Assembly (NCBI GenBank): GCA_002269645.1
Contig: NIVC01001813.1
Location: 170,559 to 234,558, forward strand
Origin: Macrostomum lignano
Lineage: Eukaryota
Reading direction: 5' to 3'
DNA: 64,000 nucleotides
The translations under genes were made by a program, and so were the position numbers. The notes below the pieces were generated by a model. It saw only the letters and a program-made list of their open reading frames with translations. It was not told the DNA's origin and made no database searches. Below are positions 1-13,779 of the stretch, piece after piece (position 1 is the first letter of the stretch; each line of letters begins with the position of its first letter).

Positions 1-769
1 AGATAACAGGGCACGCGAGTAGTATGCTACTAATGTGTAATATTATCGAATTTGTACTAATAAAAACGTGAATAAATATAGGATTACTAATGCTATACAA
101 AGGGCTAACTTCAACACATGGCAGATGGAGTGTACTATAAAAGTACAACTGCGAGAGACTTATTTTTCAAAGAGTTTTGATGCCAGGCAGCCACGAAGAA
201 TAAAGGGCAGTTCGATGCTGCCCGAATATCACAAGGTGAAGGAGACAGATCTTATAGATGCAGAATTTGACAGCTCATTCTAGTGGGGAAAGTGGCATAC
301 TTTGGCAAGCCTAAATTAAAATTACAATGACAAAACTTTCATCAACTGAAAACAGCTTTACTTCACTATCAATAAACAGTGGTATCAGATATTCTTGCGT
401 AAATCTGACTCAGAAAAACTTTAGAAACTTTCATGCCTACTTGCCTACCCGTTTATCAGTAGGCAGATGAGAAAATTTCGGAAGGGAGCAGAAAAATGTA
501 CAGTAAATAAGAAAACACAAATCATAGTCTTGCACTGACCTGCAGTAATTGAAAAAGTTACAAGAGCAAACAACGGCTAACGGGGAGGCTCGTGCGCACC
601 GATGACGTCATGGAGGGTGGGGGCGGGCGGGAAGCTTCAACGTTGTAACAATATGGATATATATATATATAGACCGATTTCTGCGTTAGCTGATTCATAC
701 TATTGGAAACAAGTTGCGTTTTTATTCAGACGGCTCTGGAAAATAATAGGGAAATGGGAGCCTGCAGGA

Positions 770-1672
770 AACAGAGAAGAGGGAAATGAGGAGAGAGGAG
801 CGAATAGAGGAGAATAGAGAGGAGAGGAGAGGAGAGGAGAGTAGAGGAGAGAAAAGAGAAGAGGAGATAGGAGGGAGAGGAGAGTATAGGAGAGAAAAGA
901 GAAGAGGAGATAGGAGGGAGAGGAGAGTATAGGAGAGCAGAGAGGAGAGGAGAGGAGAGGAGAGGAGAGCAGAGAGGAGAGGAGAGTAGAGGAGAGAAAA
1001 GAGGAGAGGAGAGAGGAGAGGAGAGGAGAGAGGAGAGGAGAGAGGAGAGGAGAGGAGAGTATAGGAGAGCAGAGAGGAGAGGAGACGAGAGTAGAGGAGA
1101 GAAAAGAGGAGAGGAGAGAGGAGAGGAGAGGAGAGGAGAGGAGAGGAGAGTATAGGAGAGCAGAGAAGAGAGGAGAGGAGAGTAGAGGAGAGAAAAGAGG
1201 AGAGGAGAGAGGAGAGGAGAGGAGAGGAGAGGAGAGGAGAGGAGAGTATAGGAGAGCAGAGAGGAGAGGAGACGAGAGTAGAGGAGAGAAAAGAGGAGAG
1301 GAGAGAGGAGAGGAGAGGAGAGAGGAGAGGAGAGGAGAGAGGAGAGGAGAGAGGAGAGGAGAGAGGAGAGGAGAGAGGAGAGGAGAGAGGAGAGGAGAGG
1401 AGAGGAGACGAGAGTAGAGGAGAGAAAAGAGGAGAGGAGAGGAGAGAGGAGAGGAGAGGAGAGGAGAGAGGAGAGTATAGGAGAGCAGAGAGGAGAGGAG
1501 ACGAGAGTAGAGGAGAGAAAAGAGGAGAGGAGAGAGGAGAGGAGAGGAAAGGAGAGCAGAGATGAGAGTATAGGAGAGCAGAGAGGAGAGGAGACGAGAG
1601 TAGAGGAGTGAAAAGAGGAGAGGAGAGTAGAGGAGAGAAAAGAGGAGAGGAGAGGTGAGGGAGAGGAGAGAA
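770..1672. repeat. GA-rich low-complexity tract, mostly (GAGAG)n with longer-period variants
   Basis: Directly visible. The Ser/Leu/Pro-rich ORFs at 722-1772 are translations of this repeat. Confidence 0.95.
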
Positions 1673-2329
1673 GGCTAAGAGCAGGATGGACGGGAACTTG
1701 AATCCGGATGGACGAGTTCGGGTTCCAATGGTGCCTCCAACACGGTTCGGTATTCCCAAATTTGACTCTCATCGCTCAATGAACAAGGCATACATTTTAA
1801 ATGATGGAGCAGACTATGCATAACAAAGTTGCTTGCAAGGTTGTAACAAATTGAAATGATGTCACAATTTTGGCGGGCGACAACGGTAACTTAACAAAAG
1901 GTCACTCCGAGACACGGCTGGGTGTGTGGCAGATGCAAACGCGCTACTTATTACTGGCAAGCGCCAGTTGAAAAGTAGTGCGCGCGGATATTAGTTGATA
2001 AAAAATAATTGTTACAAGTGAATAAATTACACGTCTTCAAGTTGAATCTTCGCAAGCGGATAAGCCGGACATCAAGCCAGGGGGGCAAAGGGGGCGGGAA
2101 ATGGAGGAGCCACTAAAGAAGAAAGTCGCGATTTTTTAGCAAGATAGTGATTAGTGAAGCTGCAAATTTAGCTCGAATGGTCTGTCTCTTTGAATTCATT
2201 TTCATTTTTCTGAACTGGAAAACTTCAATAGAGATTTGATTTATTTCATGTTTGCATTATTCGAATTATAACAAATACTAAATCCTTGTTGAAGCTCCGC
2301 TACCTAGCCAGAACTCAACCCGTACTCAA

Positions 2330-2808
2330 GCGAGGGTGAGACAGGGGTGCGACAGGGGTGAGATAGGGTGGAGACAGGGGTAAAGATAATGTGAGACAGG
2401 GGTAAGATAGGGGTGAGACAGGGGTAAGATAGGGGTGAGATAGGGGTGAGACAGGGGTGAGATAGGGTGGAGACAGGGGTAAGATAGGGGTGAGACAGGG
2501 GTAAGATAGGGGTGAGATAGGGGTGCGACAGGGGTGAGATAGGGTGGAGACAGGGGTAAAGATAATGTGAGACAGGGGTAAGATAGGGGTGAGACAGGGG
2601 TAAGATAGGGGTGAGATAGGGGTGAGACAGGGGTAAGATAGGGGTGAGACAGGGGTGAGACAGGGGTAAGATAGGGTGAGACAGGGCTGAGACAGGGGTA
2701 AGATAGGGGTAAGATAGGGCTGAGACAGGGGTAAGATAGGGTGAGACAGGGGTGAGACAGGGGTAAGATAGGGGTGAGACAGGGGTAAGATAGGGTGAGA
2801 CAGGGTGG
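2330..2808. repeat. Minisatellite, ~11/22-bp unit (gtgagacaggggtaagataggg)
   Basis: Tandem degenerate copies visible immediately downstream of the GRB2-like gene. Confidence 0.9.
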
Positions 2809-2897
2809 GACAGTCAAGTAGATCCAATGAGTCAGCACAGCAGTTGATCACACAGTCAAAGCAGTTCCAGTCTGCACCCCAAGCAGCACGCGCTCGC

Positions 2898-4218
2898 CTA
2901 GCTGTAGGGCTGCACATAGTTGTAGGGGAACACGCCGCGCCGCCCATCCTCAGTCTCGCCCAGCCACCAACTCTCGTCCTCCTTGCCCAGTACAGTGATG
3001 ACGTCATTCTGACGGAACCGCAGCTCGTCCGGATCCTGCGGATTGAAGTCGAACAGGGCCACCACCCGCTGCTGGCTGGGCAAGGCGGTGGTCTGGGGTC
3101 CGGCCAGGGCGGCCGGGGCGGCCCTGTTCTGGGCAGGGCCTGAGGGCACCGCTACCGGGTCCACCATGTCGCGCAGCAGCATGTGGCTGTTAGTCTGGCT
3201 GATGGAGTTCAGCCTGTGGTATTGGATCATCTGGTTGATGCTGTCGAACTTTGTAAACCACAGGTAGTACTTGCCGGCCTCGTCTTTTAGCACCTGCGCA
3301 CGTGGATTGTTTGCGAGGTTAGCGTTGCACTGTACATCGGCCCCGCTTCGCAGGGGTACAGGGACAAGCTGCGCCAACCCCACTCCGCTGGGGTACAGGG
3401 ACAAGCTGCGCCAACCCCACTCCACAGGGGTACAGGGACAAGCTGCGCCAACCCCACTCCGCTGGGGTACAGGGACAAGCTGCGCCAACCCCACTCCACA
3501 GGGGTACAGGGACAAGCTGCGCCAACCCCACTCCGCAGGTTGCAGGGACAAGCTGCGCCAACCCCACTCCACAGGGGTACAGGGACAAGCTGCGCCAACC
3601 CCACTCCACAGGGGTACAGGGACAAGCTGCGCCAACCCCACTCCGCAGGTTGCAGGGGCAAGTTGCGCCAACCCCACTCCGCTGGGGTACAGGGACAAGC
3701 TGCGCCAACCCCACTCCACAGGGGTACAGGGACAAGCTGCGCCAACCCCACTCCACAGGGGTACAGGGACAAGCTGCGCCAACCCCACTCCGCAGGTTGC
3801 AGGGGCAAGTTGCGCTAACCCCACTCCGCTGGGGTACAGGGACAAGCTGTACCTGCACCAAACAACCAACCTTGAAGTGCTGCAGCTGGTTGCCGAATTT
3901 GACGCTGATGCTGAAGTCCGGAGCCGTGGTCTCACTGGTGCGCACCAGGAACGCTCCGTCAGGCTGTATCAGGGTGCCCCGGGCGTCCCGCTTAAGCAGG
4001 AGCTCCTCAGCGTGGCTTCTAGTGCAGTTCGGCACGTACCACGAGTGGTCAGCCATGCGAACGTAGTTGCTGGGCACGAGGCCCGACTGGCCATTCAGCT
4101 CGGCCAGGTACCAGCCTGGATCAACGTCCATGCTGAGCACCTTAAGCAGCTGATTTTTGCTAAATCTCAATTCGTCACTGTTCGACGGAGTAAAGTCGTG
4201 CAGTGCAACGGCTTCCAT
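2898..4218 (-). CDS. GRB2: GRB2/Drk/Sem-5-like SH3-SH2-SH3 adaptor, 2 exons (4218-3871, 3293-2898), ~247 aa
   Basis: N-SH3 MEAVALHDF..DELRF..WYLAELNGQSGLVPSNYV. SH2 W..GAFLVRTSE..FSISVKF..QHFK|VLKDEAGKYYLWFTKFDSINQMIQYHR. C-SH3 VVALFDFNPQDPDELRF..WW..GRRGVFPYNYV. Phase-0 GT-AG intron 3870-3294 joins QHFK|VLKD. Confidence 0.93.
3345..3850. repeat. 37-bp minisatellite (with shorter variants) filling the GRB2 intron
   Basis: Unit gggacaagctgcgccaaccccactccacaggggtaca, period 37 (copies at 3361, 3398, 3435 and onward). Confidence 0.95.
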
Positions 4219-4417
4219 TGCTCTAGTATTGTTTTCAGTCTTTCTTCATGCAAGCAACATGGTTAGGATTTGTACTGCTGCAGAGAACACTAAGATCAAT
4301 GGTGTAAGGCGAATTTCTGTTGCAAACTTCTAATTGCCAATGGCAACAGTTGGTTGGTAAGAACAATAGTCCAGTTAGTAATGCAACTGCTAAGAACGGT
4401 TTGGTTGCTAATGTCAC

Positions 4418-5040
4418 TGGCCTAGCTGGTATGTCACTAGCCTAGTTGGTATGTCACTAGCCTAGTTGCTAATGTCACTAGCCTAGTTGCAATTGTCACT
4501 GGCCTAGTTGCAATTGTCACTGGCTTAGTTGCAATTGTCACTGGCCTAGTTGGTATGTCACTAGCCTTAGTTGGTATGTCACTAGCCTAGTTGCAATTGT
4601 CACTGGCTTAGTTGCAATTGTCACTGGCTTAGTTGCTAATGTCACTGGCCTAGTTGCAATTGTCACTGGCCTAGTTGCTAATGTCACTGGCCTAGTTGCT
4701 AATGTCACTGGCCTAGTTGCAATTGTCACTGGCCTAGTTGCAATTGTCACTGGCCTAGTTGCTAATGTCACTGGCCTAGTTGCAATTGTCACTGGCCTAG
4801 TTGCTAATGTCACTGGCCTAGTTGCAATTGTCACTGGCCTAGTTGCAATTGTCACTGGCCTAGTTGCTAATGTCACTGGCCTAGTTGCAATTGTCACTGG
4901 CCTAGTTGCTAATGTCACTGGCCTAGTTGCAATTGTCACTGGCCTAGTTGCTAATGTCACTGGCCTAGTTGCAATTGTCACTGGCCTAGTTGCTAATGTC
5001 ACTGGCCTAGTTGCAATTGTCACTGGCCTAGTTGCTAATG
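4418..5040. repeat. 21-bp minisatellite (ggcctagttgcaattgtcact / ggcctagttgctaatgtcact)
   Basis: Roughly 29 tandem copies. Explains the ATRPVT(I/L) repeat ORF. Confidence 0.95.
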
Positions 5041-5824
5041 AAAGCTGTTGGTTGCTAAGGCTTGGCCTAATTATATTCTAAGGCTGGGTTGAATTCAAGA
5101 AACGAACCAGGCTGGCAAGGGCGTCAGCGCAGAGTTGCAAACAAACAGTTATACGCAGTTTTATTTAGGCCGTTGGTGCTCCGACTCCGAAGTTAATGTA
5201 ATTAAGAAGCGGCGAGTTTCACTTGGTTACTACTTGTTAGCGTAAATGCAGCAATAAAGGGAGCCCGAGCCCCCCCCCCCCGTCTGACACGCATTTTGAG
5301 CCTGACTCCTCAGCTGCAGATAGCAACAATAACAAACTATACTCGATGTCCATAAAGAGCGTTGCGTATCCTTAAGAACACTCGGTCACCATGCCTACAC
5401 TGAGCATTGAGTGTTCTTTGTTATCTATTTGTAATCCTGCTCATAAAGAGCATTAAAGGTCAAGAACCTGAACACAAAGAACATTTAAGGTCATGAACTC
5501 TGCCCATAAAGAACATTTAAGGTCATGAACCCTGTCATAAAGAAACTCAACTCGCCCTTCAGCTGAACGTCAAGAGGTGTGCAACGGCATCTGCTATGAG
5601 TCGCACTAGCTAAACACAACCTGCGAAATAGCGGAATTAAAATCCAACTGGAAAAATCATGCCAGTAAAACTACAGAAAAAATAACAAAATTAGAACGAA
5701 ATTTGCATAAAGAGCGGAGCTTTGCCATTGCCGCGTACGGAACTCGAAATGCAGTCCTAGGTATAACGGAATTGCGAATTGGAGAGGGCAGAGAGAAAGA
5801 CCGAGTCATTCAGGGCAGGCGGGC

Positions 5825-5948
5825 AGACTGACAGACATACTAAAAAGACAGATAGACAGACAGACAAACAGGCAGTCACAAACACTAAGACAGACACAGT
5901 CAGTCAGACAGTCAGACAGACAGACAGACAGACAGACGCAGACAGGCA
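5825..5948. repeat. (CAGA)n microsatellite
   Basis: Visible repeat downstream of the CNOT2-like gene. Confidence 0.85.
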
Positions 5949-6002
5949 GTTTTTCCAGACCAAAGCCGCTATTCCAGGTAACAAAATTCACAAGCCGTCT
6001 CC

Positions 6003-8317
6003 TCAGTGGAAGCCGTTGGCGGGTGCGGCAGCGGGCGCCGCGGTCACCAGCCCGTTGCCGCCGCCGCTGCCAGACGGTACCGCCGGGTCCGGGAAGTTGG
6101 CAGGCGAGTCGTCAATCTGGTCGTAGTGAATGGCGAACTCCCGGGCCTGCACAGACCAGCTGTCCGTGTCCCAGCACAGGTAGCGGCCCCGCTCGCCCTC
6201 AGCTCCGGACAGCCGCTCGTGCTTGTCGCCTGACCGCGTCACCCACAGCCTGTCGGCTTTCACCCAGCGCCAGTGCCGCTTGTGCAGCTCCTTGGCGGCG
6301 CACAGCTGCAGCCGGTCGCAGGTGCAGGCGTAGAACATCCAAAACAGCGTCTCCACGGGCAGCTGGTCCAGCGGGGGCGGCGGCAGGCGGTCCCGGACTT
6401 GAAGGCCGACCAGGTACTCCAGCGGGACGGGATGGTCCGAGTACTGCGGCTTGTGCAGGCAGCAGTCGGACAGGGGCGACGCCAGCAGGGGGTGGAGGTC
6501 GCTGCGGAGCGGCAGAAAGGCTTCTTAATAGAGTTGGGGATGCGGGAGGTTAAAAAAACGCAGACTGAGGGCGGCGGCGGTCCAGAAACTGAGGATCTGG
6601 GAGGCTGGCCCAGCAACTGATTCTGGGAGGCTGGTACTGCAACTGAGGATCTGGGAGGCTGGCACTGCAACTGAGGATCTGGGAGGCTGGTGGCCCAGCA
6701 ACTGAGGATCTGGGAGGCTGGTGGCCCAGCAACTGAGGATCTGGGAGGCTGGCACTGCAACTGAGGATCTGGGAGGCTGGTGGCCCAGCAACTGAGGATC
6801 TGGGAGGCTGGCCAAGCAACTGAGGATCTGGGAGGCTGGCCCAGCAACTGAGGATCTGGGAGGCTGGCCCAGCAACTGATGATCTGGGAGGCTGGCCAAG
6901 CAACTGAGGATCTGGGAGGCTGGCCCAACAACTGAGGATCTGGGAGGCTGGCCCAGCAACTGAGGATCTGGGAGGCTGGCCCAGCAACTAATGATCTGGG
7001 AGGCTAGCCAAGCAACTGAGGATCTGGGAGGCTGGCCCAACAACTGAGGATCTGGGAGGCTGGCACTGCAACTGAGGATCTGGGAGGCTGGCACTGCAAC
7101 TGAGGATCTGGGAGGCTGGTGGCCCAGCAACTGAGGATCTGGGAGGCTGGTGGCCCAGCCTGAGGATCTGGGAGGCTGGTGGCCGAGCCTGAGGATCTGG
7201 GAGGCTGGCCCACCCTGAGGATGTGGGAGGCTGGCCAAGCAACTGAAGATCTGGGAGGCTGGCGGTCTTTCACTGATAGTTCACATGCACGACAAAGGGG
7301 CTGGTGTAATACTTGGATGAATAAACTACTCTTAATGCATATTAGATGCACAGTTATTAACAACTTGCATACAAAAATACTTTCACGCAGTCAAGGCCAT
7401 CCATCCGCATCTGAAGGAAGTTCTACACAGCCCTATAGTATAGAAGGTAAACTTAGAATAGAAATCAGACAGACATGCACACCAGAAAAAAGGTCCACGA
7501 GAAAACTGCAGTGCAGCTGCAGCCTTGGGGTGGGCCGCTGGCTCGGGCGCAAGGCACTTACTTCCTCTCGCTGCTGCAGTGCGCGAACTGACATTGCTGG
7601 GGTGTACCTTCACACTGACAGTGGCATGCGCTGCGACCTGGCTGCAGCCCCGCCCTCCCGGTCATGCAGCCCCCATCCTCCTCGTCATGCAGCCCCTACC
7701 CTCCCGGTCATGCAACCCCCACCCTCCTGGTCATGGAAGCCACCCTCCTGGTCATGCAGCCCCCACCCTCCCGGTCATGCAGCCCCCACCCTCCCGGTCA
7801 TGCAGCCCATCCCTCCCGGTCATGGCAGAGCCGCCACTCACCCTTGCTGGGTCATCGGCAGGCCGACGCCATTGGGGTCCACGCCGCGCCCGATGAACCT
7901 GGTGTCCTCGCGGTTCTCCTCGCACAGCCGAATGAAGGACAGCAGGCCGAGCATGCCAAACCTGTCCCGGATGACGCGGCTGCCGCTGCCTCCGCCACCG
8001 CCGCAATCGATAGAAAAGCGCGCCAGTTCGTCCACGAGCTCCTCCCGTTCGCCGCTCAGGCCGCTTGGAGCGGCGGGCAGAGCCGGGAAATCCTCCTGCT
8101 GGATGGAGAACTCGGCAGAAGCGGCTCCCGGATTTCTGCTCACAGCGGCAACAAAGCTGGGCATGGCGGAGTGCGGCTGCTGCGGCTCCCTGCTTGACCG
8201 GCGCGAGTGTCGCCGCCTGCGTCGCTTCTCGCCCTCGCCCTGGCCCTCCTTGTTACTATCGGTGTGATGCTTATTGCCAGCCAGTTGGCCACTGAGCCTG
8301 TCTTCTTTTGCAAGCAA
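6003..8317 (-). CDS. CNOT2: CCR4-NOT subunit 2-like (NOT2/3/5 domain). 5' exon ends ~7841; 3' exon ~6523-6003; N-terminus uncertain
   Basis: FSIQQEDFPALP and DRFGMLGLLSFIR in the 5' exon. ASPLS..PVPLEYL..ETLFWMFY..LQLCAAKELHKRHWRWVKADRLWVTR..ERGRYLCWD..W..REFAIHYDQI in the 3' exon matches the NOT box. The splice phase is off by 1 nt as assembled (see findings). Confidence 0.85.
6583..7262. repeat. 28/31-bp minisatellite in the CNOT2 intron (gcaactgaggatctgggaggctggccca)
   Basis: Period 28 at 6844/6872, more than 20 copies. Confidence 0.95.
7645..7830. repeat. Second minisatellite in the CNOT2 intron (ccctcccggtcatgcagccccca-like)
   Basis: Degenerate tandem copies next to the 5' splice site. 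Confidence 0.85.
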
Positions 8318-11300
8318 CTGCGAATTCGGCTTCAGGCTGGCAATGGAGAAGCTGTTTGCTGAGCTCGGAATTTTGACAGCGTACTGGATTTATGTAAGGC
8401 CAGAATGCAGATAGGCTTTTATAGTGGCTGGCCACCATGAATGGTTTTGCATTGCATTTAGTCAAATATGACTGCATGCATCCCACTGCGGGATTATAAC
8501 AGCAATAAAGGTGCAGATTGTTTTCCTATTTGCAATACAAAACAAAGTTCTTCCATTCAAGCAAACTCTCATATGTATTAATAATAATGCCATAAATATT
8601 TCCATTTCAATTAAATTTTCCTTCTATATAAAACATTTAATCAAATATAATGTACATACTGTATCTTCTAGCAATTATGGTTATGCAATTAATTATTGAT
8701 TATGGTTAAACCCTTGCTAAATACAAATTTATTATTTTATCAAAGCATATATTTTAAATCTTAATATAAATAATGACATATTGCTTGGCAATATAATTTA
8801 TCCTTTATAACAGGTTTTATTAATCTATTATCTTTATTTCCTAACTATATTTTATAGTATTGTATATAACATTATTTTTATACCAAGTAGTTAGCCTTTT
8901 TTTGAAGTAGAACAAAAGCCAAAGGCTTTAATTATATTAAGCTTATATAAAGTAATCAATATTTATGAAACCCTAGCCAATATTGTCTCATTTGTCTGCA
9001 TCTTTAAACTATTGTAGTTCAAAACTCCAATTTATTTTTTACCATATTTAATAAGCTAAGAATGATAAAAGGACAAAATGAATAAGTTGTACTATGCATT
9101 TTTTATTACTTTTAGGCATGGGATATTTATACCTAAAGTGATTAGCCAAAATATAAAGATATTTTTGCTGCAGTGTGTCACACTTGTTATTTGGGTTTGG
9201 AAATATTTGCTTGGCTTTTACATTTAGTAGCACTTGCCATTTGTGTGCTTAGCTATATTAGGTTAGGACCTATACTATCTAAGTCCCTGTCATAAGCTAC
9301 AAAGTTATATACTATTGTGCAACTATAATATCATTTTTTCCTTTTTGCCACACTATGCTACACTGCCAAAGAGACCTATCTATAAAGTATAGCATTATAG
9401 ATTTACCCAGCCATTTCTATTGGTAACACAGTAATTTACATATGTCTGTTGCCAATATGGCCAGGTCCCAGGTGATTTTCAAGATGTATATATAAGATGC
9501 TTACTATCTAGATACTTTTTGGGGGATGGGGAAGTAAATATTGCTAGTTTTATTTTATGGTAACTGAAATAAATATGCTATAAATCATACATGCCCAACC
9601 CCCTTGATTTACACTGGCCATGCAACTTAATTTTTTACTAAAAATATAACTTACCTATTAAAAAACCCTAAAGCAAAAACAATACAACTTTGGATAAATG
9701 GAGGAGTAACTATGACTGTCTTATTGCCTCAATGCTAAATGCCTCATAAGCTAATTAGTGCTATATCTGTATTCTTTGTTGGGATGGGGATAGCGCTATA
9801 TATGACCACCTCCTGATATGTAATCAATGCACTAAAGTTAGACGCTAAGAAATTTGAAATTATCGATTGTAACCATTAGAGTATAAAGTTGTCTACTCTT
9901 GGTCTTGGGGCATTGTACATTAAACAGCTAAAGGCAAAGCCCACCATGAATATCCAACTTGGTGGTAGAGGGGCGAATGTCCATCTAAGGATGTTCTGAC
10001 CCAATGTGCTTGCCTCTTATTTAGGGCCATCTAACTCTGCTACTTATACTTGCATCATTTTGGCTTACTAGACTTAAAAATTTACCATCTTTCTGATCTA
10101 TATTTTGCCTGAAGATGCCAATTGTTCAACAAAACATGTTGTGCAAAGATTAGGCCCTAATAAATTGTAATTTCATAGCCATCATAGCCATAGGCCTAGA
10201 TTATTAAAGAAAAAATGAGAATATCTACCATGCAACTTCTAGACCTCCACAAACTGACAAATATGGCCTAGGCTAGGCCCTACCACTACCAGTCTTAATC
10301 CTAGATCTAGGCTAGCCCTAGCTAGGCCTAAGTATTTGACTTATCTAGCATTCTGCTTAAAAAGCCTAAATTACAGACATTTTTTTATATTAGGCCTGGC
10401 CAATCTTTCAATGCAACTCAAATGTCAATGTCAGAAATTCAGAATCAAATGCCAGTGAAATAGTGTCATGAAAATTGAAATAAGCTTACAATAGCTATAG
10501 GCCTAAGCTATATCCCCAGTATATATGGCTTGGCCTTGCAGTTGCAGTTGCACCATCATTGATTTGTCATTCGCCACTTTACATTTACATATACTAAATT
10601 GCTAAATTAAATATCTTCCCATACTACAATTATCCATTAGGCTAGACCTAAGAGTTAGGTGGGAGGGGGGAGGCAGGTGCATGACTGTCTACTCATGCAG
10701 TTCGCTTGATTTAGTGAACTACGGAAATATTTTAAGGGTCATTAAAAAGTAGCAATAAAGTCTTTAATTTTGTGACAATAAAAAATTTTAAACCACAGGT
10801 AAAAAAGCATAAGTTTCTAAACTAATAGTCTTTTTTATTCGCAGTAAGCTTGCTATGTGTTGTTTTAATGACTTTTAATTACATTGCTAAAACTTAAAAT
10901 GTTTTTTTTTCTTCGAAAGCAAATGCCATATTTATAAATCATTCCAGTCTTGTCGTCTAAATTTTTCCATTTTTCAGGCATCAAACATCGCTCCTAAATT
11001 AGACACCATTGTTTCTGAATGAAACGCTACTTATCGCCTAAGTGAAAAATTTCCTTGTTCCTGGAATGATCTGTTGCCAAAAGGCTTGGCACCCACAATG
11101 CCAATACATAACATCAGATAGCCATGACATGACAGATGACAAGTGAAGTGACAACAATAGTTTGAAACAATTGTTCATATTAAGCTCATTTTTTATAATT
11201 TATTCTAAAGTAAATGAGAATGCTGCTGAAAATAAAATGCTCTTATTTTGTTTTTATATACAGTGTATATGGCCTATTCTATAGCTTCATTAAATTTACA

Positions 11301-11654
11301 AAATCTGTTTTCTTGTCTTTTTTTCTTATATATGAGCTGAGCAAAGTCACTAAGCTATATCATTTAATAGTTTTTACAGCTATAGATATATTAATATCAT
11401 ACATTATTTAATGATTTATACTGTTACAAGCTGTTGAAACCCGCGGATTTTGAACCCGGGGAATTCCAATCCCCGGAACTACTTTTGCATGTATTCTGAA
11501 ATCTAAGGCCATACACAAACAAATTAATGTTAGTAGGATAGAGGTAGACATAAAATGGAGCACATTCGTGTAAAATTAGGGTTTGAGGCAAACATTGATA
11601 TTGTTGGCTGGGGTACTCCGAAGAATGTCAGGCAATGTCTGTTTGACTCTAAAA

Positions 11655-12349
11655 CATGTATTGGCAAACTCTGGCCTCTCCCTGACTCTCCCTACGTCCC
11701 TTAGATCCTTTAAAATTTCTATCGTCTCTTCTGTTTCCTCTCTTCTCTCTCGTCCCTCGTCTCTTCTCTCTCCTCTCTCTTCTCTCCTCTCTTCTCTCGT
11801 ATCTTCCCTCATCTCTCTTCTCTTTCATCTCTCTTATCTCATCTCTTGTCTCTTCTCTCTACTCTTTCCCCTCTCTCTCTCCTCTCTACTTTTCGTCTTC
11901 TCTCTCCTCTCCTCTCTCCTCTCTACTCTTTCGTTTTCTCTCTCCTCTCTTCTCTCCTATCTTCTTTCGTATCTTCCCTCATCTCTCTTCTCTTTCATAT
12001 CTGTTATCTCATCTCTTCCCTCTTCTTTTCTCTCTCCTCTCCTCTCTCCTCTCTCCCCCTCTTCTCTCGTCTCTTCCTTCTCCTCTCTATTCTTTTCTCT
12101 CTTCTCTTAACTCTCTTCTCTACTCTCTCATCTCTCCTCTCTACTCTTTCCTCTCTCTCTCCTCTCTCCCCTCTTCTCTCGTCTCTTCTCTCACCTCTTT
12201 CCTCTCATCTCTTTTCTTGTTTTATCTCTTCTCTCTCCCCTCGTCACTCGTCTCTTCCCTCACCTCTCTTCTCTCTTGTCTGCATTTTTATCTCTCCTTT
12301 CTCTTCTTTTATTTTTTCTCTCTTATCTCTTCGCGTTTCTCTCTGCTCT

Positions 12350-12416
<67 letters not shown>

Positions 12417-13144
12417 TCTCCTCTCCCATCTCTCTTCTCCTCTCTACTCTCTCCCCTCTTCATTCTCCTATTTCCTCTCCTCTCTCCTCTAGTCTCTGTA
12501 ATCTCTTCTCTCTTCTCTCTCCTCTGTTCTCTCTACTCTCCCATCTCTCGTCTGTTCACCCTCATCTCTGCTCTCTCATCTGTCATCTTTACTCTCTTAT
12601 ACGTTCTCTCACTTATCTCCTCTGTACTCTTCTCTTTCACCTCTTCTGACTCCTCTCTTTCCTTACTCCTCTCTTCTTTTCTCTTCCCTCTTCTATACTC
12701 TCTTATCTCTATCTCTTCTCTTCTCACTCCTCTCTCCCCCTCTTATCTCTTCTCTATCCTTTCTACTCTCTCCTCTCCTCTTGACCCTCTGTCATCTTCT
12801 TTCTGCTCTCTCATCTCTACTCTCTTCTCACTCTTCTTTACTCTCCTCTCATCGATCCTCTGTCTCATCTCTCCCCTCTTCTCACCTTTACTCTTTCCTC
12901 TCCCTCCTTTCTCCCCTCCTCTCGCTTCTTCCTCCCTTCTTCTCTGCTCTCTCCTCACCACTTGTCTCTCCTCTTATCTTCCATGTTTTCTCTTACCCCC
13001 CTCTCGCCTCTCCTCTCTTCTAATCTCTTCTTCTTCTATCTCTTCTAAGTCTACCGGTATTCCTTCTCCTTTCCACTCTCATCTGGCCCGCACATAAGCT
13101 GGATTCTTTATCTGGCTTTTGAAGTAAAAGTCTGCCGATCCCTG
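11655..13144 (+). mobile_element. hAT (Buster-like) MITE with a ~1.3-kb internal CT-rich expansion
   Basis: Ends catgtattggcaaac..ctgccgatccctg. Subterminal sequence is homologous to the 20331 and 26962 copies. Flanks ctctaaaa/cttcgaaa (5/8) may be a decayed TSD. Confidence 0.6.
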
Positions 13145-13779
13145 CTTCGAAAGCCAGTTTGTGGGACGTACTACTCTCATCGTTATTCTCATGCTTTGAT
13201 CACGTCATCTTTCTTGCCAATTTGCAGCCCTGAAAGGAATTTGTGTATCTTCAGCTCCACTGCAGTCTGCATCAGTCTAACAACCAAGGAAATACGCATT
13301 TCTTAGGCCATTTAAATTTCAAAGTACTTTTAAGAGAAACTTAAAATTTCCATGGTGTGCCTAATTTAGTAGGGTTGTATTTCATTGCATCGCATCGCCT
13401 TTTCATAAATATTTCGCTTTTACAAACCATGCTTGATTGCCTCGATTTGCCAATTGCCATCCACTGTTAAACTGCTGCAGAGTTTGCCTATACAGAGGGG
13501 AGGGCAGTGGTTAGAATTCTCACTAAACTGTTATGGCTAAACGTAGCCTCTCCACTCTCGGGGTGCGAGATTGCGAGAAGGCTATAAATAAAGTTATTCC
13601 AAAACACTGTACATTTGCTATGTACATTCAGTCCTATCGCCTGACCCTTCGTCTGGCTCTGGGGAATGAGTGAGTGAGTGGCACAAACAACAGAAAAAGC
13701 AGACAAACTTCACATGCTTACAGTTTCTTTTTCGGTTGAGTTACAGAGTTGAAACTTTACATTTAGATAGAGAATGAGT

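Noticed and set aside
722-1772. 345/348-aa Ser/Leu/Pro ORFs (and similar ORFs at 11583-13097 and 26929-27277)
   Set aside because: Translations of CT/GA low-complexity DNA that lacks stop codons; no coding signature.
3345-3850. 37-bp repeats as a CRISPR array (also the 28-30-bp arrays)
   Set aside because: Head-to-tail repeats with no unique spacers and no cas genes, lying inside eukaryotic introns.
8500-11400. AT-rich region with short ORFs
   Set aside because: No recognisable motifs or codon bias; treated as intergenic or intronic.
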